From Anthoceros angustus (taxonomy: Eukaryota > Plantae > Anthocerotophyta), in NCBI GenBank assembly GCA_010909165.1, contig VJWM01000106.1, forward strand, positions 310,001-374,000: DNA of 64,000 nt, read 5' to 3'. Below are positions 12,874-26,146 of this stretch, piece after piece; position 1 is the stretch's first letter; every line of letters starts with the position of its first letter. The notes under the pieces are model-generated. The model had not been told where the DNA came from. It saw only the letters and a program-made list of their open reading frames with translations, and made no database searches. A program made the position numbers and the translations under genes.

Positions 12874-15800
12874 ATGGGGTCCATCAAGGCCGGAGGTAAA
12901 AGTGGAGCCATTTTCGGTGATGATGACTACTTGCCCTTGGAGAAGCTGTCCGTAGCTGTTAAGGGGACTAAGGAGGAGAAAGTCAGCTTTACTCTTTGCT
13001 TTTGGATTTACGTGCTGAAGAGCAGTAAACCGGGTATTTTGATCAGACAGGTTTGTATCTCGTTGCTGCACTCTCATTGAACCCAATGAAATTCCATTTG
13101 ATGTCAATGTCTGATCTGTCCTAACGGAGGGTGGCACTGTGACAGAGTCGGGAGGGTTCAGAATTGTCCGTTCCATTTCTCACATTCGACACTGACAGGA
13201 AGGTGAATCTGTGTCCCTTGCCTCCGCCAGCATGTGCACAGCTTCCTGAAGCTGGAATCACAGACATTGTGACATCAGACAAACCATTTCCTCTGGAAAA
13301 GTGGGTTCACTTTGGATGCGAGGTGTGCCTGCCTTCTATCTCTTCACCTTCGATCTCTTCACTGCAGCCCTGAGTCTCTTTCGTGCTTCCACTGATTGCT
13401 TGAAGGAGGTCTGTGATGTGGTTGTCTTGGTCTTCATGTAAACTGCAGTGTAAACGGGGAGGGGGTTTGTCAAAAGCTGTCCTTGTGTTTATGAGCAGGT
13501 GGCCACAGATGTTGCCCGTCTTCACATGGATGGAGTGGTAGTTGGTGAGAAGGCACTTGCATCTCCCCTTCAGGACGAAAGTGAGGTGCTGCCTTTGCAC
13601 CTGTATGGTGGGGATGGCCCTGCTTATGCGAATAGTGTGCAGGCTTATGCACACTATGTGCGTCTACTTCCCCAGCCAACAGTGACAAATCATTATGTCA
13701 AGGTAACTGTTGAGGCTATTATTGACGTGCTGTTTGGAGACCTTTAGAAAGTGGAACTTGGTCCAGCTGTGGTGCTCATGAGCATAATTATGATCAACAG
13801 AATCCGCCACTGGAACTGATGCTGGATGGCTCAAGTGGCGCTTCTGATGATAATGAAGTGGAGGAAGGAGGAGATGGAGTATGGAGTGTGGTAGGAGGAA
13901 AGGTTAGTCGCCAGTTGCCAATAACCTGAGGTTTCTTGTGTGGAAATTTCAAATCCGATTTACTTTCTCAACCTAGTCTTATGAAGACATGCTCCATCAT
14001 ACCTGCAGGCCTCCTGTCGCCGTAATTTTGCTCTTGATGTAGCATTGCTGGATGCATTGGGTCGCTCAATCCACAAGGACATGGAGGTACCTTTCCTTTC
14101 CATGAGCGTCATTTATAGATTCTAGTACCCAGGTTTGGAGCTCTTCTCTTCCTGAGGTTACACCTTGTGTACTGCCAACTTATAGCCTATTGTATGGTGG
14201 CAGCTTGTTGCACTTCTTGTATATGCAGACTCAGGGTCTCCAGTAGAAAAACCAAAAGATGACTCTGAAGCACCTCTGCTGACTACTTTTGATGGTGTTG
14301 AATTCCCATCCACTGAACGTCCCATAAAGCTCGTTCATGGCCGTGCATCTTTCAAGCTGAAAATATCTCAGGTTAGCAATCTCATTGCATGATCCATGTA
14401 GAAAAACTTATCAGGTCTTCAAAATTCTCTCATGAACTAGAGTTGCTGAGACATATGGAACTTGTAGGAACACATTGCTTGTATTCCGGTAATTTTCTGT
14501 TAAATCTGTTGCATCCTGTGGTGACAGCTCTCATCCAAGTGCGACAATCGGCTATTCCGGGTTTGTTTTGACTCTCTGAACACACCCAAATACCCCTTCC
14601 TGCGAACATTCTCGAGGCCGATCAGATGTGTGTCACGGAATCGGAACCATCGCCACCCAACAGTTACTTGGAAAAGACAGAGCCCTGCAATTGCCCCTGC
14701 GGAAAGTGGCCTCTCTCCAAGTATAGAAGAACCTCAGCTGTCTGATTTTTCAAAGCTGAAGAATGATTTCCACTCAAACGGTGCAGCGGCAGGTCCTACT
14801 ATGAATGGTAGCAGTGTTCTCCCACCATTGAAACGGCTCTGTACTGCAGCTGACAAAGTGGCTCCTCCAACTGCAAATGGGTTGTCAGCAATGGAGAGAC
14901 CATGCGAGCCTGTAGGTGGAGGATTTCCCAGCCCTGTAACAATTGAGATGCAGGTGCCTGTCATCCGAGGGGGACATTCAATGGTAGCCCAATTGAATGC
15001 TGGGTACAACTGGTTAGGGGGAATCTCTCCTGACACTATGCCAAAGGAAGCTATGGATAGCTTTGGCCACAGTCTAAAGCAGGATGGTATTATTACAGAA
15101 GGAGTTCATGGTCTTAATGGTGCAGGGTTAGAGATTCCACGGATGCAAAAAACATTTGGCCTTGCTTTAGGAGCATCAGATGGAGCATTTTCGGACTATC
15201 TAGTGTTTCACTACTGTCTGCTGAGCATGTGTGGTCGAGTACAATTTCTGCGGAAAACTTTGATGAGCAAGAGTGAACATCAAATTAACGACTTTGCTAG
15301 TCGTGTGTCAGAGTACACAGGTTGTCGCCATAACGGGTAATTTGGAATTCGGGCCATTCTTCGATGTCTTCGAAAACTGTCATCTATGTGCAAGTCTTTC
15401 TTGCATCATACTGAAACTGATTCGGTGTATTGCCTGCCATGTACTGTATATCAGGTACCAGATCCGCATCGCAAGACAGTTACTACATGAAGGTGGGGAA
15501 ATTTGGAAAAAGGCTTCAAGAGATTTCCATCCTGTCTTGTGGGTCAATCTTATCACCCACGTTGAAGAAAGCTTCTTGAAAATCTCTGGCTGCAACACCA
15601 GGAGGTTCACAGAAAAGGTCTTATCCTATTTCGGAGGTGTTGTTGCAAGCTGTCCGGATACATTGTAGGATTGAGGCTGACGGGTAACCTAAAATATCTA
15701 TATTGCAGGACAAAGAATTCGTGAGAAGAATAGCTGGGTGTGGTGAGTTTGTGAGCCCTGATGAATTTGATCGGCTATGGCACTGGATTTTCCCGGTCGC

Positions 15801-16380
15801 TTTTGCCCTTAGCTCGCCGCAGCTGCGAGCTCTGTGGGAGATGCAGGATCCAAGGTGGATAGAGGGGATGATCTCCAGGGAAGAAGGAGAATCGTTTTTG
15901 AAAACCTCTCACGGCATCCCCAAGCCTGGTGTTTTCTTACTGCGGTTCGCCAACTCAAGGATATGGCCTCATCCTGATGCTGGTGCTCTTGTAGTCAGCT
16001 ACGTCGGTGCAGACATGAGATTGAACCACAAGCTCTTGTCATTGGATGAAAATCTTGGGTAAGTTCTACGACGGTGGTCTTCGGTTCGTTGGGCAACTTC
16101 ACCTGGTGTTCAGTGGTTCAGCAATCCTGCTTCTTTCTTTCTTACTTCATGGTTGGTTTTTTCTTGTTGATCTGTTGCAGGTCTGCTTTGGGTGACAGGC
16201 TTGACAGTGCAAAACCTCTATCTGATCTCCTACTGTCTCAACCTGAATTATCAGAACTATGCCGGTATTTCTCAGTTTCACGCTGTCATGCTGTCCCCCT
16301 CATGCTGTATTCTTGCAGGTCATCCTAAACCGCTGCTTGTTTCTCTTGCTAGGGTGCCCAATGCTCACAGCGTTTCCTAG
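12874..16380 (+). CDS. Plant SH2 domain-containing protein (STAT-like, SHA/SHB type), spliced
   Basis: N-terminal FTLCFWIY..GILIRQ, FPLEKWVHFGCE, WSVVGGKASCRRNF, TFDGVEFPS..RPIKLVHGRASFKLKISQLSSKCDNRLF and SH2 region WIEGMISREEGE...PGVFLLRFANSRIWPHPDAGALVVSYVG. Confidence 0.9.
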
Positions 16381-17087
16381 GCAAGTGCACAACATCAGCG
16401 AAAGCTGAGGGGGTGGTCACTGCCGGACATGATACTGAATGCGCAAAGTAACAGCGAGCGACAATTTGGCAGACTCCATACGAAGACCTAGGAGTGTCCT
16501 ACTTGTAAGTCGCCCGACGCTCTGGTATTCTCCTTGCTTGGATTTATCTCGCGAGTTGCGGAACTGAATTGTGCTCCCTCCCTCTTATTACAGATGGCAC
16601 CTTCTCGATGACGACGGTCTATGTTGGACGGTTTGACGCGAAGTTGGATTGCTGAGTATTTATCAATGCAGTCTGCGTTGGCTCTACAATTTTGGGTTCA
16701 TTATCTATATTTTGGTAGTATGTATGATGGAACTGTACAGTAGAGAGTGTTATCTGCGGGAACTTGTAGATTGAACTACCTACCTGTCTACCGGCAGGGA
16801 CTGATGCAACCACCTATTTCCCTCGTCCTGCTAATAACCGGTAATGGAATCCGGTAACCGGTTTGAAAGAAATTTGGATAACGAAGTGCTCAACATGATA
16901 ATTATCAGATGCTCTGTCTCATGTATCTGGAAAAGTTTGCACGCGTCCATGCTTCCATTACTATACTATGAAGACCTTCCTCCCGCCATGGCGATGTGCA
17001 CGAACTGTATGTAGGTGATGAGCACACCGCTAGGAATCGAGGCCCGCCTAGGGCATAGCACAAAGCCCTGACAGACCTAATGAACTC

Positions 17088-17283
17088 AATCACGGCGTCC
17101 TATAAGAACGCCGTGATTAAGCATCCTGAGCTTAGATAGGTACTTAGATGGGGTGCCTAGAGGGAGTGGAAGCCCTTGGTGCAAGTAGCTTAGGCACACC
17201 GGCACACCATGGTACAAGTTGTTAAGTACCAAGCAAGTCCCATGGGGGAAATCTCCATAGTGAACTTAAAGTTCTTCTACTAC
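17088..17283 (+). mobile_element. Short non-autonomous retroposon, copy A: 5S-rRNA-like body plus LINE-type 3' tail
   Basis: Homologous to the reverse complement of 42992-43175. 17092-17183 resembles 5S rRNA; the 3' end agtcccatgggggaaatctccatagtgaacttaaagttcttct resembles the LINE end at 59471-59540. Confidence 0.7.
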
Positions 17284-17478
17284 CGCCTTGTAATGGAGAC
17301 CAGCCCTTCCTTGATTATCACCACATATGTACATCACACCGCTGTTGCGGATACCGCGCCACTGAATGCCCAGAACAGTGACAGCAGGGCGCGATTTATA
17401 CACAGTATTAGCAGCTACATAGGTGCGCAGGAGTGGGAAGATGTTGTGATGAATGTTGGTGTGAAGACGAAAGGGCGG

Positions 17479-19269
17479 ATGGAGGTATGGAGCTGGGGGG
17501 CGGGCACGCATGGGCAACTGGGGTGCGACGGTATGGAGGACGCGCTCCTCCCTCAACGCGTGCCCGCCTTGGAAGCACAGCGTGTGAAGGAGATGGCGTG
17601 CGGGGGAGGTCATGCGGCGGCTGCTCTGGGTACGGTAGGGAGTGTTTGGCTTGCAACAGCAACGGGAATTGCACCGTTTGCTCCCGAGCTGAGCGCGTGT
17701 GGGCCTCACGTTCTCACAGCCTAGGGCTCAGGCAACGGGCAGGTGGTGACCTGGGGTCGTGGGAATTCCGGGGAGCTGGGACATGGGGACCGGGACAATG
17801 GCGCTGCTCCATGTGCCGCACCCAAACCTGTGGCGGGTCTTCTGGGAGTGAGGATCCGCAGCGTTGCAGCCGGATGGAGCCACACGGCCTTCGTCGCAGG
17901 TTCGTGCCTCCCTCGTCGCTTGGCTATCGCTATCCCTCTCGTTCTGTGCTGTTTTACTAGCTTGTGAGCTTGGATTGGCTTTCAGAGTGCGGAGCCCTGT
18001 ACACTTGCGGAGATGGAACGTTCGGGCAGCTTGGGCTGGGCCATCTCCGGGCCACCCCGCAGCCCTGCAGAGTGGCCTCCTTGGACTCCGTCCCGGTTTC
18101 CATGGCCGCCTGCGGGATGCGCCACACGCTCGTCTTGGCAGCAGGGGCGGCTGGAGACGAAGCAGCCGTGTTCGCATTCGGAGCATGCAGGCATGGCCAG
18201 CTAGGGCTTTTCCCTTTCTCGGACCCCCACGCGCAGGAGCAAGACCTGGGCAACTGGCAAGTGCGTGCCAAGGAGGTTGCTCGGCTATGCCTTCCCCGTA
18301 AACTCCGTTTTCATGACCGAGACAGGATTTGCGCTGTGGCAGCCAATGGCCATCGCAGTGCGGCCCTCACTGGTACGCCCCCGTTAGCCTCTCTGTTCAT
18401 GGCTTGGAGGCCCTTGCTACATGCGCTTAGTCTTCTGCCCTGCCGTTTTGCAGAATCTGGCGTTCTGTTTGTTTGGGGCAGAGGCTACGGGCCTTCTCCT
18501 GACATGCCTCTCCCCGCCAAGGCAACCGGTGATGTCCGCTTCACTCAAGTCGCACTGGGCTGGAGCCACGGGCTCGGGCTGTTAGGTCTGCCCTAGCCAC
18601 CCTTCCCGTCTCCAGCACAGGAAACGTCAAGGCTCACTTTTCTGTGTGTACGCAACTTGCTGTTGCTTGCTGCAGAGGATGGTCAGGTTCTGTCATGGGG
18701 GAGCAACCAGCGAGGGCAGCTTGGTTCTCAAGAGCTCTTCCGCGACTCCTCACCTCACAGGCCACTACAAGACGTCACAGAAAGCAGCGGAGCACCGCAC
18801 CATGTGCCGGTCTGGACATGCCGCCTCCACTTCTACCGGGTTCAGGGACTTGGGGGGCGGGCGACTTGGATATCTGCAGGAGCTGAACATTCGGCTGCTG
18901 TTCTGGGTGAGCTCACATGACTTATTTTCCCACCACCCACATCCTCCTGTGCGAAGTGCAACTTCTTCGCTAACTTCCATCTCCGATACAGACTCCGGCG
19001 AAGTCAAGCTGTGGGGCTGGGGAGAGCACGGCCAGCTAGGATTGGGCACAACTGATGACCAAGAGATTCCACACACAGTGCCTCTTCCCTGCACTACAGG
19101 GACGCATTACCAGTGTAGAGTGTTCTGTGGCAGCGGATTCACATTTGTATCAAGGCTATTGGAAGGCCCCAAATTCCATGGCATGTCCACGTGTAATCAT
19201 GTGGCAGGTGAACAGTTGCATGCCATTGCCGACCAACGGCCTCTCCCTTCGCCGTTACACTCTAGCTAG
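17479..19269 (+). CDS. RCC1-repeat protein (UVR8/SERGEF-like beta-propeller), spliced
   Basis: Repeated RCC1 motifs: VWSWGAGTHGQLG, MACGGGH, TWGRGNSGELGHG, VAAGWSH, CGDGTFGQLGLG, ACGMRH, ALGWSH, SWGSNQRGQLG, SAGAEHS, WGWGEHGQLGLG and CGSGFT. Confidence 0.9.
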
Positions 19270-19456
19270 ATGTCATTCGCACCCTTTGTAAACGTGAATA
19301 TGTAAGCCGTTCTGTGCCTCTGCAGACTTGTCTACACTGGAGAAGCGATGCAAGCGAAGGAAACAAGCTCCGGTTCTGGCTCTGGCTCTGCGCTCTTCCT
19401 TCCCCCACAGTCACAGTGCCCGCAGTCTCCAAGCGTGTATCTACTGATGACCTGCC

Positions 19457-22400
19457 ATGGCTGCAGCTTTTCAACGTCCGGATCCGACTCCAGAGGCGGC
19501 CTCTCATATCTCTAGGTTGCTCCGTTCATCCTGCTGCTTTGTACTTGCCTGAAGTTGTTGGAGCTGTCAAGTCTGACATAGCAACACACTTGCCCGCTAG
19601 AACCTTCCACCATGCTTCTCGCTTGTCTTCACCTTTCACCTTTGGCACTCGTTTTCTTACAGTTACACAAATGCCGAGGAAGAACGCGAGCCTCTCGCCT
19701 ATGGAGAGAACAAAGAATATTTTAGTCCTCGAAAAGATACACAGCAGCCCGAGAATCGAAAGCAGGAAGGTGTGAGGGAGGTGGTGGCGCACCTCAACCC
19801 TCCGCCCGCGTTTGGGGCCTCTGCGATTTTGAACGATCGAGACGTGGGCTGGGCCCCATCCTGTCCCTATTGCTCGCCACGTGCCCCGGCCTGGGCCGCA
19901 TTCGGCCGCATGCTTAATTGCTCGCGTCCTTATCCGCGGCAGCCTGCACACGGAAGCCCCGCATGCCCTAAATACCGTACAACTCTCAAACGGGAAGTAT
20001 GACTCATGAAATATCACCCACCTTGCGCGTGCGCTTTGTGTGACTCCGAGTGGGACAGTGGAGCGAGCTTTATCTCCATGGGTCTCTCGTCTACAATCGA
20101 AGAAGCATCCGATTGCTCGACCACACCCACTACCAGCAAAGCCACAAGTTGTACTCTCTTCCCATGTGCTTGCACTCCCAACTTTGTGCTTGAGCCTTTT
20201 AGTCTCTCTTGGGGTGCTTGGGGCTCTTACTACCTTGCACCCTGCTCGGGCTCTCACTCCCTCTGGTGTGCATTGGCCTTTGTGCTTATTCCTTTGTGCT
20301 CTGGGCTGCTCGGGCTCTCAGTCCCTCCCTCGTTGTGTGCATTGGGCTTTGTGCTTATTCCTTTGTGCTCGAGGCTTTTTGCTCAGGCCCTTACTCTCAC
20401 CCAAGTGTGCTTCGAGCTTCCACTTTGTGCTTGGTGCTTGACTCTCTCACAGCGTGCTTGGGGCTTGGCCCCACACTTCGAAGTTTAGCTTTTTGACAAT
20501 GGGAAGGATGTTTCTATAGGGGCTATATTTCAAGATGAAGTTGAAAGATTGGTTCAACAGTTGGGTGATAGTCGTGTACATGTAGCCACATTAGAAGCTG
20601 AGATAAGTAGGCTTGTACAAGAAAAGCTGCAACAAGATGCTCAAACATCAAACTACATTCAACGGTATGCTTGTAAGTTTGGTGGAATGTGTTAGGTATG
20701 TTACTCATGTATTCGTTTGGACATTTTTTATCTAAATTTTATGGTATGGATTTGTAATAGAATGGAGGACCAGATTTACCAATTGGAGCATCAAGCAAAA
20801 GAAGATATGGCTGAATTGAAAGAAAGACAAAATAAGGTATATAATATAGTACATGACAATAAGAGGATAATAAAATATAAAATATGTGGGGACACACATA
20901 ATCTTCAAATTGAAAGGGAATAATGATAGGAGCAAGGTATTGCAGATAGAGACAGAAGTACCAGCTTTAGAATGGCAACTCAAGTCACTTAAGAATGCTC
21001 TACATGATTTCAATGTGTCTGAAAATGTGTAAGCTTCAGACGAACCTTTGTATGATCATATATTTATTCACTAAAGATTGCTCTACATGATTTCAATTCG
21101 TCAGAAAAATATGTGAGCTTCATACAAACCTTAGTATGAGAAAAAATTTACATTAATGATAGAATATTTTTCTTGGAATGTAGGTATGCAGAAATTTCAG
21201 GGGTTCCAGAGGATCAACGCAGTGTTAGAGACCACATCTTACTTCTTGCCTATGAAAGAATGCAAAAACATCGCGAGGAGTATGAAATAACACGGAAAGA
21301 AAGAGATACTTCGAGGTGAATAGAAATAAGAGGAAATCAATTACTTTTGTTTATAAAATCGTATAATGCTGAGGACTGTAAGCTTAATTGATTGCTTATC
21401 ACTTTGGGTAGTCATCAGATAAGGATTTTATAGGGAAGCGCTTACGAGAGCAAACAACGAGGTACAACATTTAAAAAGAGAATGTCAAAGATTATCAAGC
21501 ACACATGCTTCTGAGAAGAAAGAACTTGATGAAGACATCCGAGCGATTGCAGCTCGAAATGAAAGGTTGGAAGCTGAGGCTCGAGAGGCGCTTGTACAGA
21601 TCGAGGTTCTCTCAGCTAAAGGTGCTCTTTATGATGAGGTACTTATGAATACTTATATTATATTTAAATTATTGAGTAACTTGGTGCAACTTGGAACAAC
21701 TTGTAATATATTTCTTAGTTAAAATTAGCGTTGACAATTAGACATGCATACTATAGGTGCGAGAAAAATTGGATCAATATGAAAAGGTAGCTCAAAGCAT
21801 TGAGCAAAAAGGGCAAATACTTGCAGATAGAGAAAAAGATCTAGACAATCAAAAACAACATTTCCAAGATATTTTAAGAGATAAACAACATGCACTGGAG
21901 CTTCTTCAAATGGATAAGGTAATATAGTGGAAAAGGCAATCACATGGAGCTTTTATGCAATACTAAGGGTGTCCAAAGGTTTTACTCTTGGATAAATATT
22001 ATCTCGTAGAACTATTTATTAAAAGAGAATAGGACACTTGAAGATAACGTGAAGAAGGAAAAGAACCAAAACACTCGCCATTTAGAAAAAATATATGAAC
22101 TTGAGAAAGCATATAATGAGCTCCGTGATCAATTCTCAAAAGATTCACATGATTGTCAAGTGGCGCAAGAACAACGGTTGAAGGTGACTACAATTTTTTT
22201 TTTCATGTATAGATAATAGTTTTAATTTTAATTTTAATAAAATATCATTTCAATGAAAAAAAATGAAGATGCTTTCAAAACATGGGGTAGATGAGATTTC
22301 CAATCTCGTTTTGTTTCTATAAAGTCTCCATTTTCTTTTCTGTACAGGAAGAGATATTAAAAGTACAAGAACATGAAAAAGAAGAATTGCTCAAAATGCA

Positions 22401-23849
22401 AAACAAACTTAGTGCACAAATGACACATGAAATTAGGTAACAAAGGTCTGAGAAAAGACTACATTTCAGACTAAAAATTTAAGAAATAATGCAAACAAAA
22501 ACATTTTATCTTACATATCTTAGTGCATGTCTTTTTCAGAGCATGTAATGAAGCAAAAGATCTTGCAATTCTAGATGTGCACAAAGCAAATATTGATTTG
22601 AAAGCTACAAAAATAGCCTATGAAGAACTACTTTCCAAGTAATTATCGTTTCTAATCCATGTCATTATTTTCTTCCATTTGTTACACATAGTGAAATATA
22701 AATGTATAGTATTTTTATTTTAATAAAGGTATAAGGAGCTACAAGAAATGAAAGATAACATGTATGTCGAATCACAAACTGAAATAAAAAAACAACAAGT
22801 CCAATTGGATAAACGAGATTCTTTGTTAGAGGAGACTAAAACATTGCTTGCACAAAAAATTCTTGAAATTGAAGCTCTCCTTGATGAAGTAAAGGTATTG
22901 TATGCTAACAACTTTTTGTTTGAACATAATATGGAGATATATATGTACTGATGACAAATGTTTACAGACCTTGACTCAAAAGCACAAGGATCTGGAGCAC
23001 ACCATTAGAAAGCAGCCAGAGTGGATGGGTGGGCATGGTAAGTAAGTTACCATTGTCGCAAAGATTATGACACCTGTATTTCATGTTAAGACATGATTAT
23101 AATAGTTTTGAAATTACTTGAATAAAACCACAAATCATCAATGTCTTGCTTAGGTGACCAAGCACACCAAAATCAAATGTTAATGATAAAACTAGAGTCC
23201 TTGGAAAAAGAGAATCGGAAGCTTCAACAACAAATTCAAGAAAAGCAGGACGAGGTATATTTTTTATGTCTTGTGTTCATGTACATCTACTTTCATGTAT
23301 ATTTATGCATTTGTATTATGTATGTGCATGTATGCATGTATTTTGGTGTAACTGTCTCTCTATATAACTCATACTGATGTTAATGTTATGCATTTCTTCT
23401 TGGAAATACTTAGGTACCACAAAAGGGGCGAATGAAACATTTCACACAACAGCCACAAGCTTTTTTGATAAATGTACTAGAAAGCGCCGAAGACAAATTG
23501 AAAGCTACAATGACACGAAATCATGCACTAGAGGCTGAGATAAGGTTACAATAAAATCATGATTACGTGATGAACATGCAAGAATATCATGTAGGTAATA
23601 ACTTTCAAGTATTTGTTCAGAGAAATAAAGGAGGAAAAATCCTTTACAACATCTCAATTGCAACATATGTACCAAGATATGAAAAGTGTTCTTCAAGCAA
23701 GAGGCTCGTTAGAAAAACTCCAAAAAGTTCTTGCGGAAAAGAGCATCAACCTTGGAGAAAATCTCGCAAAGAAAATTTCCATCTTCAGAAATAAAGAAAG
23801 AAGCAACCAAAAAACAGAATTGCCAAACGACCTAAAGGGCTATGCTTGA
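19457..23849 (+). CDS. PIBF1: Coiled-coil centriolar protein, PIBF1/CEP90-like, multi-exon with AT-rich introns
   Basis: Phase-consistent 5' exons from gccATGg at 19457 (19457-19515, 19663-19769, 20520-20664 and onward). Peptides LHDFNVSEN.YAEISGVPEDQRSVRDHILLLAYE and TQQPQAFLINVLE...EKSFTTSQLQHMYQDMKSVLQARGSLEKLQKVL match my recollection of conserved PIBF1 segments (PEDQLS; TQQPY.YLI). Confidence 0.72.
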
Positions 23850-24672
23850 GGACTCCTAGACATGAAAGAAGATATGTATACTAACTAGCACTTACCTAGT
23901 TACATTCGCATAACAATGTAATAGAAGAATGGTCATGCTAGGACATTAATAGTAGGTTCATATGGTTTGGTCATACGGTCAAGAAGGTATTGGTGAAGAC
24001 TAATCCTATTTCTCATATTGATTGGAGGAAACTAATCCTGCCATATTTTTTTTGATACATAATCCTAACAACGCAAAGAAACAAATCTCATTTTATTTCT
24101 ATAAAGAATTAATTAGGAGCCGGGCTTGAGATGGTGTAAGATATTCCGATTATCCCTAATGTTCTTGAAATTGGGCCGTACTTGATGGTACTAAGTACAA
24201 TGATATGAACCTATCTTTACAAGATGCAAGGAGGCACAAGATGAATAGGAATGTATAGCTAGTAAAACATTTCCTGGATAACTTCTTGGGGACTAGTGTT
24301 CATATGAAGTCGAGGTTTGAGCCACTTAAAGTAGTTTCTGGTACCCTCCATAAGAATACATTGAGGACTTAGGTTCAACAAAGGCTTGGGTTCAATCCAA
24401 TTGAGACGTCTTTAATAGTGAATAGATATTTAAAATCTACTCAACATGTCTAGACTACCTGCAAACAGAGGTAAGGTGTATATGTTATCGGAGGAAAATG
24501 CTTGTGGTTGTTTATGAGAAGATGGTTGAAGAGCATTTTTTGACCATTAACATATAGACCTTAGCATTTTGGACATGAAAATATATATCCTTAGCTATTC
24601 CACAAGAAAAATAAAATTTTGACATTAAAATTACAATTTCAACCTTGTCTTCGAACAATGCTAAAATTACAA

Positions 24673-25003
24673 CACTCCTGTGGGATTTGAACGCAAAATG
24701 CCCAGACTAAAAGTGAAATAGGATTCAAACCCAGAATACCACGACTAAAAGTGAAATGGGATACTAACCCAAACCCAAAATGCCTTGACTAGAAGTGAAA
24801 AGGGATACGAACCCAAAATGCCCTGACTAAAAGTGAATTGGGATCCGAACCCAAAATGCCTTGACTAAAAGTGAAATGGGATTCGAACCCAGAATGCCCT
24901 AACTGAAAGTAAGATGCTTAAATGCCTCGCTCTTAGAGGGTTGGAACCTATGTACAATGCCCGCACTAGAAGTGAAATGCCTTATCCATTAGGCGAAATG
25001 AGC
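24673..25003 (-). repeat. tRNA-Arg(TCT)-derived tandem array (38-bp unit, about 7 copies) between relics of the tRNA 5' and 3' ends
   Basis: Unit tgggattcgaacccaaaatgccttgactaaaagtgaaa starts at about 24681, 24719, 24757, 24801, 24839 and 24877, plus a degenerate seventh. The right flank gccttatccattaggc is the reverse complement of the D-arm GCCTAATGGATAAGGC, next to a CTTCTAG anticodon loop. Confidence 0.85.
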
Positions 25004-26146
25004 CATACAAAATACATAAGCATGTGTAGATAGATGCTTTACAATTGAAAAAGAAACTCGTGGGTTTGCACAAAAAGGCATAGTACTAACTCAGTATGGT
25101 GGGAGGTGATCTCCAGCCAACAGCCAGAGTGCACATATGGCAGAAGAGTGGCGTGCGAGGAGCGAGAGGCAGGTCATGGATGCGGCATGCCCCGCTTGAT
25201 AGATAAGCACGTACATTCAGGTGAAGGAAATGTGGGCGAGCGTGGGTGCAGGTTCTGGAGATGCATTGTTGCTTGTTATGACCGGGCGAGCAGCGAGCTG
25301 GGTACACACATGCGAGGCAGTAAAAGTGTGCCTGTCATGACTCATGCATGGCATCGGCATCGGCTCTGGCATTGGCATTGGCATTGTTTCCATCACCGAT
25401 GACCCACGAGCCGGGTGTCCGGCCCACAGGGGGGGGTGACAGACTGTAAAGACGGATACATGGGCGCATTGCGAAACAGACAGGCACCCTCGCAGGGGCT
25501 TTAGCCTTTAACACCGTCCAGTCCCTCGTCCGACAAAGCAACGAGGGGATGACGAGGCCAAGTTGTGGCGCCCCGCCCGGGGTTTCGGAAGCGGCAAGGA
25601 AGGGGGAGGAAGGACGGAAGGAAGCAAGCAAGGAAGCAAGCAAGGATGGCACGCGTATCCCGAGACCACTGCGTCCTAACCTCTAGCCTGCTGCTGCTCT
25701 TCTGTTCCTGACACGCGCTGGGCCCCAGCCGATGGTTCCTGGAATCCTCCCCGCTTCCCCCATTTTGTATGAACGGCCGGCACCCGGCAGGCAGCAAGGT
25801 GCAGCCAAACTGCTTGTTGGCTCCCCTGGGCTCTGGCCTCTGGCCTCTGGGCTCATGATTCGCGCTGCTGCCAGATTCCGTGCCCTCGGTTTCCCTTGCC
25901 TTTAAAGGCCTTTGGCGTGCCCGACTGTTCCCGGACGCCGTTCCGTCTCCTGCCGAATGCCGTTCTGTCGGCGCTGTGGAAGGTGCGTTTTTGGCAAGCC
26001 CAACAACGAGCGAAGATTCCAGCCCCAAGCTACCCACCTACCTAGTCTACCTACATTGCTACCCACGTGAAACCACATACATAACACAGCTTACAACTCA
26101 GCCACACCTTCCGCACGAAATGACAAATTGCTGCTTGGTCTGCGAG

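Noticed and set aside
24681-24915. CRISPR-like appearance of regularly spaced repeats
   Set aside because: Units are contiguous with no unique spacers, they derive from tRNA sequence, the context is eukaryotic and there are no cas genes.
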